Of a stretch of DNA of 64,000 bases, positions 46,587 through 55,145 are shown piece by piece; the first letter of the stretch is position 1, and the number at the start of each line of letters is the position of its first letter. Both the position numbers and the translations under genes were made by a program. The notes beneath the pieces were generated by a model. It worked only from the letters and a program-made list of their open reading frames with translations. It was not told the origin of the DNA and made no database searches. Source of the DNA: Limisphaerales bacterium (GTDB lineage: Bacteria; Verrucomicrobiota; Verrucomicrobiia; Limisphaerales; Palsa-1400); the NCBI GenBank assembly GCA_052139695.1, contig JBKQWF010000170.1:8602-72601 (forward strand), read 5' to 3'.

Positions 46587-48539
46587 ATGAAAACGGTCTC
46601 ATGGATCTGGGGCGCCATTGCCAGTTCGGTGCTGGCGGCCCAGGGGCAAGTTCCACAGATCATCAGCTGTCAAGGCGCGATCAACGCGGCCGGGTCCAAT
46701 TTCAACGGCCTTGGCCAATTCAAGTTCGCTCTGGTCAACAGCAACGGGACGGCCACGTTTTGGAGCAACGATGGCTCCAGCGTTGCAGCCTCCGAACCAA
46801 ACCAGGCCGTAACGAACCCGGTCGATCAGGGCTTGTTCACCATTCTGCTGGGCGACAACACCATCAGCAACATGGCGCCCGTCCCTTGGAGCGTCTTTAC
46901 CAATTCCGATGTCCGGCTGCGAATCTGGTTTGGCGCGGGCGCGAACCAAGCCGTTTTATTGACTCCAGATCAGCGGCTGACCTCCGTCGGTTTCGCCATG
47001 ATGGCGGCGAATCTTCCCGCCGGGGCGGTGACCAGCGCCCAATTGGCCCCCAACGCTGTGACCGGCCAAAGTATTGCCAGTGGCGCCATTGGCAGCGCCC
47101 AATTGGCCGTCAATTCCGTAACCGCGCCAGCTATTCAGAACGGGGCGATCATTGCCGCGAAACTCGCTCCGCAAGCGGTCACGACGCTGGCGCTGGCCGA
47201 GGGGGCCGTGACGTCCGCGAATCTCGCTGCCCAAGCCGTGACCTCGCCAGCCCTGGCCCCGGGTGCGGTGAACGCCGCCAGTCTGGCAGCCAATGCTGTG
47301 ACCGCGCCTTCGATTGCCAAAGGAGCGGTCGGCCTGGCCCAGGTCAATTTCCAACTCGGCTATATCAACGCGCAAAACCCGCCTTACGGCGCCACGGGCA
47401 ACGGAACAAACGACGATACCGCCGCCATCCAGGCCGCGCTCAATGCCGCCGGGGCAAATGGAGGCGGAGTGGTCTTTCTGCCCCGGGGGAACTATCTGAT
47501 CAGCAGCCATCTTCTCGTGCCGGCGCAAACCAGCCTCGTCGGGATTTGGCGGGCGGTTACAGCCAATTCGCAGTATCTGGGGACGACCCTGCTCGCGGTG
47601 GAAGGCGCGGGCGCGAGCACCAATTCAGGCGTTCCTTTCATCACCCTTCAAGGCGACAACTCCACCTTGGAAGGCGTCACCATTTATTATCCAAACCAGG
47701 TGACAAACAACCCGCCCACTTCCTATCCCTGGACGATTCGCGGCGGAGGAGGAAACAACATTACGATCCAAAATGTTCTGCTGGTAAACCCCTACCTCGG
47801 AATCGATCTGGCCACTTATGGATGTCCGCGTCACTTTGTCCGCTGCGTCTATGGCCAGCCGTTGCTGGTCGGAATCGCGGTGGACCAGTGTTACGACATT
47901 GGCCGGATTATGGACATCCATTTCTGGCCCTTCTGGAGTCAGAACACCAACATTGAGGCCTTCCAATCCGCCCATGCGGTGACGTTCGATTTCATGCGGA
48001 CCGATTGGGAAGTGGTGCAGGACGTTTTTTCCTGGGGCTATTCCATCGGCGCTCGCTTTCGCGCCTCTGCCAGCGGTTCGATGAACGGGCAGATGAGCAA
48101 CGTCAATTTTGACAACGTCGATATCGGTTTGCAACTGAGCGACACGCAACCTTACGCGGTGCATATCTCCAACCTCAACATCGCCAACGCGGGCGGCGGC
48201 ACCAACCACATTGGCATCCAGGGCTTGCCGGGCGCGAGCGGCTTGAATGTCAATGGAGCCAGCTTCTGGGGTTCGCTTGATCAGCCGGTCACATGGAACA
48301 ACAGCGGGCTGCTCACTTTGTCAAATGCACGCTTTCTCTCGTGGGCATCCGCTTACCAGGCCATTAACATTGTCAGCGGCCGGGCCATCCTCCAGGGAAA
48401 CTATTTTACCGACAACGTTGGAGTAGCGATCCGGGTCGGTCCCCGCACGGACCGCGTCATGGTGTTGGGCAACATGCTGGCGGGCAATTCCGCCAGTTTG
48501 TCCGGGCCTAATACGACCAGCGCGAATAACCAGCCCTAA
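46587..48539 (+). CDS. secreted tail-fibre/tailspike-like protein: fibre-like N-domain, decapeptide repeat stalk, pectate-lyase-superfamily beta-helix
   Basis: Signal peptide MKTVSWIWGAIASSVLAAQG. N-domain ISCQGAINAAGSNFNG.GQFKFAL...LLTPDQRLTSVGFAMMA. 11 x 10-aa repeats. Beta-helix N-cap YGATGNGTNDDTAAIQAALNAAGANGGGVVFLPRGNYLI. Confidence 0.75.
   Translation: MKTVSWIWGAIASSVLAAQGQVPQIISCQGAINAAGSNFNGLGQFKFALVNSNGTATFWSNDGSSVAASEPNQAVTNPVDQGLFTILLGDNTISNMAPVPWSVFTNSDVRLRIWFGAGANQAVLLTPDQRLTSVGFAMMAANLPAGAVTSAQLAPNAVTGQSIASGAIGSAQLAVNSVTAPAIQNGAIIAAKLAPQAVTTLALAEGAVTSANLAAQAVTSPALAPGAVNAASLAANAVTAPSIAKGAVGLAQVNFQLGYINAQNPPYGATGNGTNDDTAAIQAALNAAGANGGGVVFLPRGNYLISSHLLVPAQTSLVGIWRAVTANSQYLGTTLLAVEGAGASTNSGVPFITLQGDNSTLEGVTIYYPNQVTNNPPTSYPWTIRGGGGNNITIQNVLLVNPYLGIDLATYGCPRHFVRCVYGQPLLVGIAVDQCYDIGRIMDIHFWPFWSQNTNIEAFQSAHAVTFDFMRTDWEVVQDVFSWGYSIGARFRASASGSMNGQMSNVNFDNVDIGLQLSDTQPYAVHISNLNIANAGGGTNHIGIQGLPGASGLNVNGASFWGSLDQPVTWNNSGLLTLSNARFLSWASAYQAINIVSGRAILQGNYFTDNVGVAIRVGPRTDRVMVLGNMLAGNSASLSGPNTTSANNQP
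47013..47342 (+). repeat. 11 tandem 30-nt (decapeptide) coding repeats, consensus (L/I)A.(N/G)AVT....
   Basis: LPAGAVTSAQ LAPNAVTGQS IASGAIGSAQ LAVNSVTAPA IQNGAIIAAK LAPQAVTTLA LAEGAVTSAN LAAQAVTSPA LAPGAVNAAS LAANAVTAPS IAKGAVGLAQ, read directly from the frame of the 46587 gene. Confidence 0.85.
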
Positions 48540-48576
48540 GAGCAAAGTCAGAAGCCGCGCGCCAATGGCCGCGGAT

Positions 48577-49785
48577 TCACTGGCTGGAAGCGAGCCTCTT
48601 GCCGGGGAAACCGGCAGCCGGCATAAACAGAGGGAGCAGGCCCGCCGCTCCAAAAGCGCCTCCGCACCAACACACCCCGCGCCAGCCGCCGTGCGCCCAA
48701 GCCCAGGAGCCCAGCGCGGAGCCACACGCCCCGCCGATAAAATAGACCACCATATAAACCGAGTTCACCCGGTTGCGCAAAGTCGCGTTCAAGCCGAAGA
48801 TGCGCGTTTGATTGGAGATGTGGCTGCCTTGAACTCCGGCATCCATTAACACAACGCCCACCGCCAGCGAGAACAGCGAATGCCCCGCCACTCCCATCAG
48901 AAGGAACGCCACCACGACCAACGCCAAAGCGGTGCCGTTGACCAGCCGGGCGTCATGCCGGTCGGCCAGCCGTCCTGCTATCGGGGCAGCCAATGCGCCC
49001 GCCACTCCAAATAGGCCAAACAATCCCGTCACGCTGCTGCCATAGTGGCCCGGCAGGCTGGCCAGATGGAAAACTAACGTCGTCCAAAAAACACTGAATG
49101 CGCCAAACCCGCAGGCGCCGATGACGGAATGTCGGCGCAATACCGGCTGGGTGCGTGCGACGTTCCAGAGAGAAGCCAGTAACTGGCCATAATGAGGCGC
49201 CAATTCGTTCTCGGGTCTTTGCGCCGGGAGACACCATCTCAGCACAATGCTCAAACCCAATGCCAACCCCGCGCTGGTCCAATACACCGTCCTCCAGCCG
49301 GCGGCGGCAGCGAGAAGACCGCTCAGGCTGCGGGACAGGAGAATGCCCACCAACAATCCGCTCATGACCGTTCCGACCACCCGTCCACGTCTTTCAATCC
49401 CGACCAGGCCGGCCGCATAGGGAACCACCAGTTGAGGGGCCACGCTGGCTGCGCCCAGCAAAAGGCTGGTCAGGAGCATCCAGTGGAATCCCGGCGAAAG
49501 CGCCACGGCCACCAGCAGCAAGGCCGAGCCGGCTGTTGTTATGACAATCAGTTTGCGCCGCTCGAAAATGTCTCCCAGCGGAACCACCAGCAGCAGACTC
49601 AACGCGTAGCCCAGTTGCGTGCAGGTGACGATCAGGCTGGCCGCGCTGGTGGAGACGCTGAATTGGCTGGCGATGGTGCCCAGAATCGGTTGCGAATAAT
49701 AGAGGTTTGCGACCGTTGCTCCAGCCGACATGGCCAATAAACCCACCAAAAACAGTCCGGGCGGACGGCTGGAGCGTTCTGACAT
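48577..49785 (-). CDS. MFS transporter
   Basis: Likely start MSERSSRPPG at 49785 (the track ORF starts at 49854 and would overlap the upstream gene). 12 predicted TM helices. The MFS loop motif is PLGDIFERRK. Confidence 0.85.
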   Translation of the reverse strand: MSERSSRPPGLFLVGLLAMSAGATVANLYYSQPILGTIASQFSVSTSAASLIVTCTQLGYALSLLLVVPLGDIFERRKLIVITTAGSALLLVAVALSPGFHWMLLTSLLLGAASVAPQLVVPYAAGLVGIERRGRVVGTVMSGLLVGILLSRSLSGLLAAAAGWRTVYWTSAGLALGLSIVLRWCLPAQRPENELAPHYGQLLASLWNVARTQPVLRRHSVIGACGFGAFSVFWTTLVFHLASLPGHYGSSVTGLFGLFGVAGALAAPIAGRLADRHDARLVNGTALALVVVAFLLMGVAGHSLFSLAVGVVLMDAGVQGSHISNQTRIFGLNATLRNRVNSVYMVVYFIGGACGSALGSWAWAHGGWRGVCWCGGAFGAAGLLPLFMPAAGFPGKRLASSQ

Positions 49786-49813
49786 CGGGTGCGGTGTTAA
49801 TCTCTCCTGCCAG

Positions 49814-50674
49814 TCAAGCGCTTGGTGACCTGGAAGAGTTGTCAAGCAATTCAATTCCGGGGTTCTGGAAACGGATGCGCCGCTCTTTGTAGAGCTTGCC
49901 CAGAGCTTGTTTGAACGCCTTCTTGCTCACGCCAAACTTTTGCCGAATCGCCTCGGGTGAGCTGTCATCATCGAAAGCCAGGCAGCCCCCATTGCCCTTG
50001 AGGGCTTGCACGATTTGATCCCGCAGCGGGGCCACTCGCTTGTAGCCGGATGCGTCGAGGCTCAGATCAATCTTCCCATTGGGGCGGACGGTCCGAACGA
50101 AGCCTTTCACCTTCTGGCCGGGGAGCAGTGGGGCGGCGAGGTTGTGGTGGTAGAGCAAACCACGGTGCGCATTTTCGACGATGGCGTTGTAACCCAGCGG
50201 GGTCCGTCCGAGGATGAGGAGATTGACCGGTTGTCCGTTGCGATAGGACGGGGTATCGCGGCTGAGATGACGATTCAGCCGCGTGCTGGCGACGATTCGA
50301 TTTGTCTTCTCATCCAGAAATACATAGACAATCGCCGAATCCCCCGCGCGCAGGGGAGATTCCTGTTCGCGGAAGGGCAACAACAAGTCCTTGGCCAGCC
50401 CCCAGTCGAGGAACGCCCCGATATTCCGATTCACGCTGATGACCTTCAAGTACGCAAACTCGCCCACCGTCGCCAGCGGGGTTTCGGTCGTGGCCACGAG
50501 ACGGTCCTCGGAATCGCGATAAACGAACACATCCAGTTTGTCCTTGGGTTTGAGGTCCGCGGGAATATAACGGCCGGGCAACAGAATCTCCCCCAACTCC
50601 CCGCCGTCCAGATACAGGCCGGGCGCGGCGGACCTTGCCACGGAGAGCGTATTGCGTTTGCCGATGATGGCCAT
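49814..50674 (-). CDS. CvfB/YitL-family S1-like RNA-binding protein
   Basis: 286 aa. GLYLDGGELGEILLP, repeated S1-like barrels (GEFAYLKVISVN.IGAFLDWGL.KDLL) and a C-terminal winged-helix-like region. Confidence 0.75.
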   Translation of the reverse strand: MAIIGKRNTLSVARSAAPGLYLDGGELGEILLPGRYIPADLKPKDKLDVFVYRDSEDRLVATTETPLATVGEFAYLKVISVNRNIGAFLDWGLAKDLLLPFREQESPLRAGDSAIVYVFLDEKTNRIVASTRLNRHLSRDTPSYRNGQPVNLLILGRTPLGYNAIVENAHRGLLYHHNLAAPLLPGQKVKGFVRTVRPNGKIDLSLDASGYKRVAPLRDQIVQALKGNGGCLAFDDDSSPEAIRQKFGVSKKAFKQALGKLYKERRIRFQNPGIELLDNSSRSPSA

Positions 50675-50686
50675 GCGCCGGTTCCT

Positions 50687-51007
50687 TCATAAGCCAAAGA
50701 GCCGGACCAGCGCATCATCGATGGCGTCCAGACTGTCCTTTGGCAAGGGGCCGAGCATTCTCTCGATCTTGGCGTTGTCCACTCCCACAAGACCAATGAG
50801 TTTGACCACGGACTCTTCCGCCAGCCATCGTGGCTTTGGTAAGGGCACTTCACATTCACCTCCACGGATTTCCGTGGTCAAAGGCGCCACCACCGACATG
50901 CTGCGCCGACTGTCAGCGTTGGGAACGGAGATGATGACGCAGGGACGCACCTTGGCGGCATAGCCCAAATCCACCAGGACCACGTCGCCGCGCTTAAAGC
51001 TGGTCAT
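50687..51007 (-). CDS. type II toxin, MazF/PemK family
   Basis: Start MTSFKRGDVVLVDL at 51007 (the track ORF is longer). KVRPCVIIS...VVAPLTTE... is the PemK-fold pattern. 14-nt overlap with the upstream antitoxin ORF. Confidence 0.8.
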   Translation of the reverse strand: MTSFKRGDVVLVDLGYAAKVRPCVIISVPNADSRRSMSVVAPLTTEIRGGECEVPLPKPRWLAEESVVKLIGLVGVDNAKIERMLGPLPKDSLDAIDDALVRLFGL

Positions 51008-51224
51008 AAAGGACGGTTGGAGCCGGCCCGAGCTTATCCCAAGTATCCGCCGCCGCCTCGGCGAAGTCGGACTCCCTTTGTGCCACTTCGCGAACCTGGG
51101 GCAGACCAAGTTTAATGGCTTGACGCATGGCATCCGCCATTGAGAGATGAGTATCCGCCGCCGTCCGCTTGACCTCTTCCATGAGTTCGTCAGGCAGTCC
51201 CAGTGGGTAAGTTGTCATACTCAT
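50994..51224 (-). CDS. ribbon-helix-helix (CopG-like) antitoxin
   Basis: 76 aa. LGLPDELMEEVKRTAADTHLSMADAMRQAIKLGL is an RHH beta-alpha-alpha pattern. Lies directly upstream of the toxin and overlaps it. Confidence 0.7.
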   Translation of the reverse strand: MSMTTYPLGLPDELMEEVKRTAADTHLSMADAMRQAIKLGLPQVREVAQRESDFAEAAADTWDKLGPAPTVLYDQL

Positions 51225-51356
51225 GAGAAAAGGATACCTGCCCGCGGCGGCATTTCAAGTCTGCTTCCAACGGCCGGCCATTATCCTCTTTACGCCGGAC
51301 GTTTTGACCGCATAGCTTCACGCCATCTGAAAAAGCATTTACAAGGAGATAGAACC

Positions 51357-53093
51357 ATGAAGAAACGAATTCTGTCGCTCGCACCAAGCGCCTTCTTTGT
51401 TTGCCTGTTGCTGACGGTGATGGGCGGCGGAGAAATCCTGGCCGAAGATTCGAGTGCGCCGCCACCGTTGGATGTTCCCAAAGGAACGATCAAGGAGTTT
51501 TCGTTCGCGGAGAGCACGATCTTTCCGGGAACCAGGCGCGGCGGGACCGTGTTCATCCCGGCACAATATAATGGCACGAAGCCCGCCTGCGTGTACGTTC
51601 GCCAGGACGGCTACAATCCGGCCGAGAAATCGATGCTGGAGAGACTCATCGCCGCCAAGGAAATGCCCGTGACCATCGGCGTTTTCATCCCGTCGGGCGA
51701 AGTCCCGGCCCCGATGGAAGGCACGCTCGGCCGCCGCAACCGCTGTTTTGAGTACGACGGTGTGGGCGACAATTATGTGCGCTTCCTGACCGAAGAGATG
51801 CTGCCGTTTGTCGCAAAAACATTCGATCTGTGTCTCTCCACCAACGGCAACGACCGCTGCATCGCCGGCGGGAGCAGCGGGGGTATTGCCGCGTTCAACG
51901 CCGCGTGGGAACGCCCGGATGCGTTCGCGCGCGTTTATGCGAACAGCGGCAGTTTCGTGGCATTCCGAGGCGGGCACGAATTTCCAACCCTCATTCGCAA
52001 ATTCGAAGCAAAGCCGATTCGGGCGTATCTGACCACCGGTACGCACGACATGGAGAACTGCGCGGGCGACTGGTATCTGTTGGACCAGGAGATGGACAAG
52101 GCGCTGAAATTCTCCGGCTACGACTACTTTTTCCGCGCGGTCGAGGGCCCGCACGTCGCCGGTTGGAACGAGTATTTCCCGGAAGCCATGCGCTTCATTT
52201 GGAAGGGCTGGCCGGAACCGGTGCGGGCGGGTCCCAGCGCTCCACGGGTGCGCGATATGATTACGCCTGAGGGAAATTGGGAATTGGCCGCGCAGGGTTT
52301 TCGAGACGCGCGCGGCCCAGCCTGCAACGCAAAAGGCGAAGTGTTCTTCGTGGATGTGCCGAACAACGTGATCCACCGCATCGGTCTCGACGGCAAAGTG
52401 GATATCTTCTTGACCGACGCGGGCCGGGCCAGTAGCCTTTCCATCGGCCCCAGCGGAGAACTTTATACGGCCTCGGAACGCACTGGAAAAATCATCTGCT
52501 ACAACGAGGGCAAGAGCAGCGTTTCCGCCGAGGGCCTTCCGGCTCGCTATGTTCTCGCCATGCCGGACGGCGGCCTTTACGTCACGACGGCTGGCAAGAA
52601 TCCTAACGAGGCCAGCGAGGTCTGGCGGGTCAAAGACGGGAAGAAGACCCGAGTCGATTCCGGGATAAAGTTCGCCACGGGACTGGCCTGCCGCCCTGAC
52701 CAATGGCTGCTCTCCGTCGCGGATGGGCGCTCCAAGTGGGTTTACAGTTATCAAGTCAATACGAATGGCACGCTGACGAACAAGGAACGTTTCTTCTGGC
52801 TGCATGTTCCGGACTGGGAAGACGACGCGGGCGCGGAGTCGGTTTGTTACGCGCGCGAGAACAAGATGCTGGTGGCCACCCGCTGGGGCGTGCAGGTCTG
52901 CGCGGACGACGGCCCGACGCAAGTCATCCTGCCGATGCCCGACCGCAGCCGCGTCATGGGCGTTTGTTTTGGCGGGCCTGACTTGAATACGCTATTCGCC
53001 TTTTGCGGCGACAAGGTTTGGAAACGCACTGTGAAGATTCACGGCATCGGCGCCTTTTCGCCCTGGACCAAGACAAGCGGCAACCCGCTTTGA
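51357..53093 (+). CDS. secreted esterase (enterochelin-esterase-like alpha/beta hydrolase) fused to an SMP-30/gluconolactonase-like beta-propeller
   Basis: AAGGAG 8 nt upstream of ATG 51357. Signal peptide MKKRILSLAPSAFFVCLLL. GxSxG in IAGGSSGGIAAFN. The distal half has propeller-like repeats (GEVFFVDVPNNVIHRIGLDGKV..., GGLYVTTAG...). Confidence 0.7.
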   Translation: MKKRILSLAPSAFFVCLLLTVMGGGEILAEDSSAPPPLDVPKGTIKEFSFAESTIFPGTRRGGTVFIPAQYNGTKPACVYVRQDGYNPAEKSMLERLIAAKEMPVTIGVFIPSGEVPAPMEGTLGRRNRCFEYDGVGDNYVRFLTEEMLPFVAKTFDLCLSTNGNDRCIAGGSSGGIAAFNAAWERPDAFARVYANSGSFVAFRGGHEFPTLIRKFEAKPIRAYLTTGTHDMENCAGDWYLLDQEMDKALKFSGYDYFFRAVEGPHVAGWNEYFPEAMRFIWKGWPEPVRAGPSAPRVRDMITPEGNWELAAQGFRDARGPACNAKGEVFFVDVPNNVIHRIGLDGKVDIFLTDAGRASSLSIGPSGELYTASERTGKIICYNEGKSSVSAEGLPARYVLAMPDGGLYVTTAGKNPNEASEVWRVKDGKKTRVDSGIKFATGLACRPDQWLLSVADGRSKWVYSYQVNTNGTLTNKERFFWLHVPDWEDDAGAESVCYARENKMLVATRWGVQVCADDGPTQVILPMPDRSRVMGVCFGGPDLNTLFAFCGDKVWKRTVKIHGIGAFSPWTKTSGNPL

Positions 53094-53110
53094 AAGGCCG
53101 TCTCTATTCA

Positions 53111-53133
53111 GGGACGCCTCGCCGAGGCGTCCC
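53111..53133 (+). terminator. perfect GC-rich palindrome GGGACGCCTCG-C-CGAGGCGTCCC downstream of the esterase gene (terminator-like or REP-like)
   Basis: 11-nt arms, 18 nt after the stop codon. A T6 run occurs only at 53148-53153, so this is not a canonical intrinsic terminator. Confidence 0.4.
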
Positions 53134-53346
53134 CTGGAGTTGGGCCCTTTTTTGACAGGTCCAGAGGCCAATCCCAGCGAAACCAGGACGATGGATCGCG
53201 GGGACGGAAAGGCTTACAGGAGCAAACAAAGATAACAGAGCGAAGCTCCTCTGTCGGCTGGTACGGTTCCTTCCAGAGTAACTTTCCGCCTGGAGCCAGT
53301 TGATCCAATTCAAACCAGTTGGCGTGAAACTGTCCTCCGCCCAACA

Positions 53347-54201
53347 TTATCTCTTCCGCCCCAGCCACAGCAAACTGTCAAGAACCAGCCGGCTCTGGGT
53401 TTCATTGGCGAAGGTAAAGGAAAGCTCTTGGTTGGTCTTGTGCTCATAATCGAGGTCATTGTGTCCCATGTTGAAGTAAATCATGCGGTAGCGCTTGTTG
53501 GTCCAGACGACGGGGTAATAGCCCTCATGCCAGATTTCGTGGGCTTTCGGCCCGGTGCCAAGGGGAAAACTTGCCGGGTCGATCGACAAGAGAATTTTGA
53601 TATTGGAATTGGTGCGGAGGTCATTGCTCCACTTGTACCATTCATTGGGCGCGGACCGAAAGGTCTCCGGCAACCCCCGTGTCGCGGGGTGGTCCCGGTC
53701 TTCCACACGCAGCACGGCGGAGGTTGGCCTCCAGGTATTGCCCACGTAGGAACCCGCTCCCAGAAACTCATTATGGTACCAATCCCAGTTCTGGGGAAAT
53801 TCCGAAGGGGTCAAAGCGAAGCCCGCGAAATGAAAGCCCATCCAAGCGCCGCCCGACTCCATGTACTTCCGGAACGCGGCGCGCTGATCGGCGCTGTCCG
53901 GACGGGTATCCAGAAACACGGCAACCTCGCACCGCGCGAGCACCCGGTCATTGAGTTCGCTCCAGTTGGTCGTTGATCTGTAAATAAAATGATTCGGCGC
54001 GGCCCTTTCGGCAAACCAGCGATTGGCCTCATGCACGAAGCTGATGTGTGCCTTGTCATTTTTGCCCGTATAAAAAGCGATCACTCTAAAAGACTCCGCG
54101 GAGCTTTGCGCCGGCAGGGTCAAAGCGCTCAGGCTGCTGGCAAAGGTGACCATGAAGAGCAGGAGTTTCCTTTTTAATTGTGTCCAGGCGCGCATCTTCA
54201 T
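53347..54201 (-). CDS. ThuA-like (class I glutamine-amidotransferase-fold) secreted protein, paralogue 2
   Basis: Start MKMRAWTQLK at 54201 (ATGA overlap with the upstream stop). FRVIAFYTG..., YMESGGAWMGFHFAGF, DRDHPATRGLPETF..PNEWYKW, YYPVVWTN...IYFNMGHND. Confidence 0.7.
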   Translation of the reverse strand: MKMRAWTQLKRKLLLFMVTFASSLSALTLPAQSSAESFRVIAFYTGKNDKAHISFVHEANRWFAERAAPNHFIYRSTTNWSELNDRVLARCEVAVFLDTRPDSADQRAAFRKYMESGGAWMGFHFAGFALTPSEFPQNWDWYHNEFLGAGSYVGNTWRPTSAVLRVEDRDHPATRGLPETFRSAPNEWYKWSNDLRTNSNIKILLSIDPASFPLGTGPKAHEIWHEGYYPVVWTNKRYRMIYFNMGHNDLDYEHKTNQELSFTFANETQSRLVLDSLLWLGRKR

Positions 54202-54998
54202 TTTGGTTTTGTTTCTGCCGCCCACAAAATCGCGTTGCGCAAAATTGTGGTGAAGGCTTCGTTCTCGAACAGCCAGGGCCCATGCCCCATGAAGATATAC
54301 ACGTTGCGCGCCGCCATCCGCTCGTTTGTCCAAATCACGGGATGATCTCCCATCCGCACCGCCGAAGTGTCCGAGTAGGTGGATTCGTCCACGCTGGCGA
54401 GGACACGGACATTGGCGCGCGGACTGCGGTCGTAGGTGTACCATTCCTCTTTGGAGATGGTGAAGGAGTCCGGCACGCCTTTCATGCAAGGGTGGTTTTT
54501 GTCTTCCACATGAACGGTTCCGGAGCTGAAATTCGGGATATAATTCTGAAACTTGATGCCGCCCATGAAATCCGAAAACCACGGCCACATCGGTTGGTTG
54601 TCAAACTTACCCAGAAGTGTCGCATGATGCAGGCCCACCCAGCCGCCGCGGCCCGCTTCGATGTAATCCTTGAAGGCTTCCATCGCCGCGGGCGGCCAGC
54701 CGTAAGGAACAAAATCAAGCTGCAGCACTAATGGATACTTGGCCAGAAACTCCTTCGTAATAACGGCTGTGTTGGTAACGTAGTCCACTTCAAACCCGTA
54801 TTCCTGCCCGCATTTTTTGAGCCAGGGTTTGGCCGCCGTGGTGAACGCGATGTGATGTCCGCCCGCTTCCGCCAAAGCGAGGATTTTGAACGGGGCCGTC
54901 GAGGCGGTTTTCGACGGGGCAAGCTGAGCCTGCGCCAAGCCCGCCGCCAGCGCTAGTATGAAAACCACAGCGCGGAACTTTTCATTCCTCATTGACAA
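54198..54998 (-). CDS. ThuA-like secreted protein, paralogue 1
   Basis: Signal peptide. FKILALAEAGGHH, YIEAGRGGWVGLHHATL, EDKNHPCMKGVPDSF..SKEEWYTY, DHPVIWTN...VYIFMGHG. Confidence 0.75.
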   Translation of the reverse strand: MSMRNEKFRAVVFILALAAGLAQAQLAPSKTASTAPFKILALAEAGGHHIAFTTAAKPWLKKCGQEYGFEVDYVTNTAVITKEFLAKYPLVLQLDFVPYGWPPAAMEAFKDYIEAGRGGWVGLHHATLLGKFDNQPMWPWFSDFMGGIKFQNYIPNFSSGTVHVEDKNHPCMKGVPDSFTISKEEWYTYDRSPRANVRVLASVDESTYSDTSAVRMGDHPVIWTNERMAARNVYIFMGHGPWLFENEAFTTILRNAILWAAETKPK

Positions 54999-55053
54999 AG
55001 AATATCGCCGGAACGGCGGCGTATGAAAAGAATAATTAATGAGGCCCCGAAAA

Positions 55054-55102
55054 CTTCGTCGGCGGGACGCCGGCGGATGCGGTCGAGACGACCGCGCTCC
55101 CC
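55054..55102 (+). repeat. REP-like family 1 double hairpin
   Basis: CTTCGTCGGCG-GGA-CGCCGGCGG, then GCGGTCG-AGA-CGACCGC (55079-55095), then GCTCCCC. Same architecture as 418-465. Confidence 0.65.
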
Positions 55103-55145
55103 GGGAAGTCGTTGAGGAGTGGAGTGGGGCGAGAGGGAGCCAGTA

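Noticed and set aside
44430-48539. A prophage or tailocin interpretation of the tail-fibre/tailspike-like gene and its neighbour.
   Set aside because: No capsid, terminase, baseplate, sheath, integrase or lysis genes lie within 20 kb on either side. Both proteins have Sec-type signal peptides, and one carries the same C-terminal module as the cellular hydrolases.
53108-53368. An 86-aa minus-strand ORF (GGQFHANWFELDQLAPGGKLLWKEPY...) that looked faintly like a fragment of a lectin/DUF1080-type protein downstream of the ThuA-like genes.
   Set aside because: The similarity is only an impression over about 25 residues. The ORF overlaps the end of the 53347..54201 gene and a REP-like palindrome. 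The evidence is insufficient.
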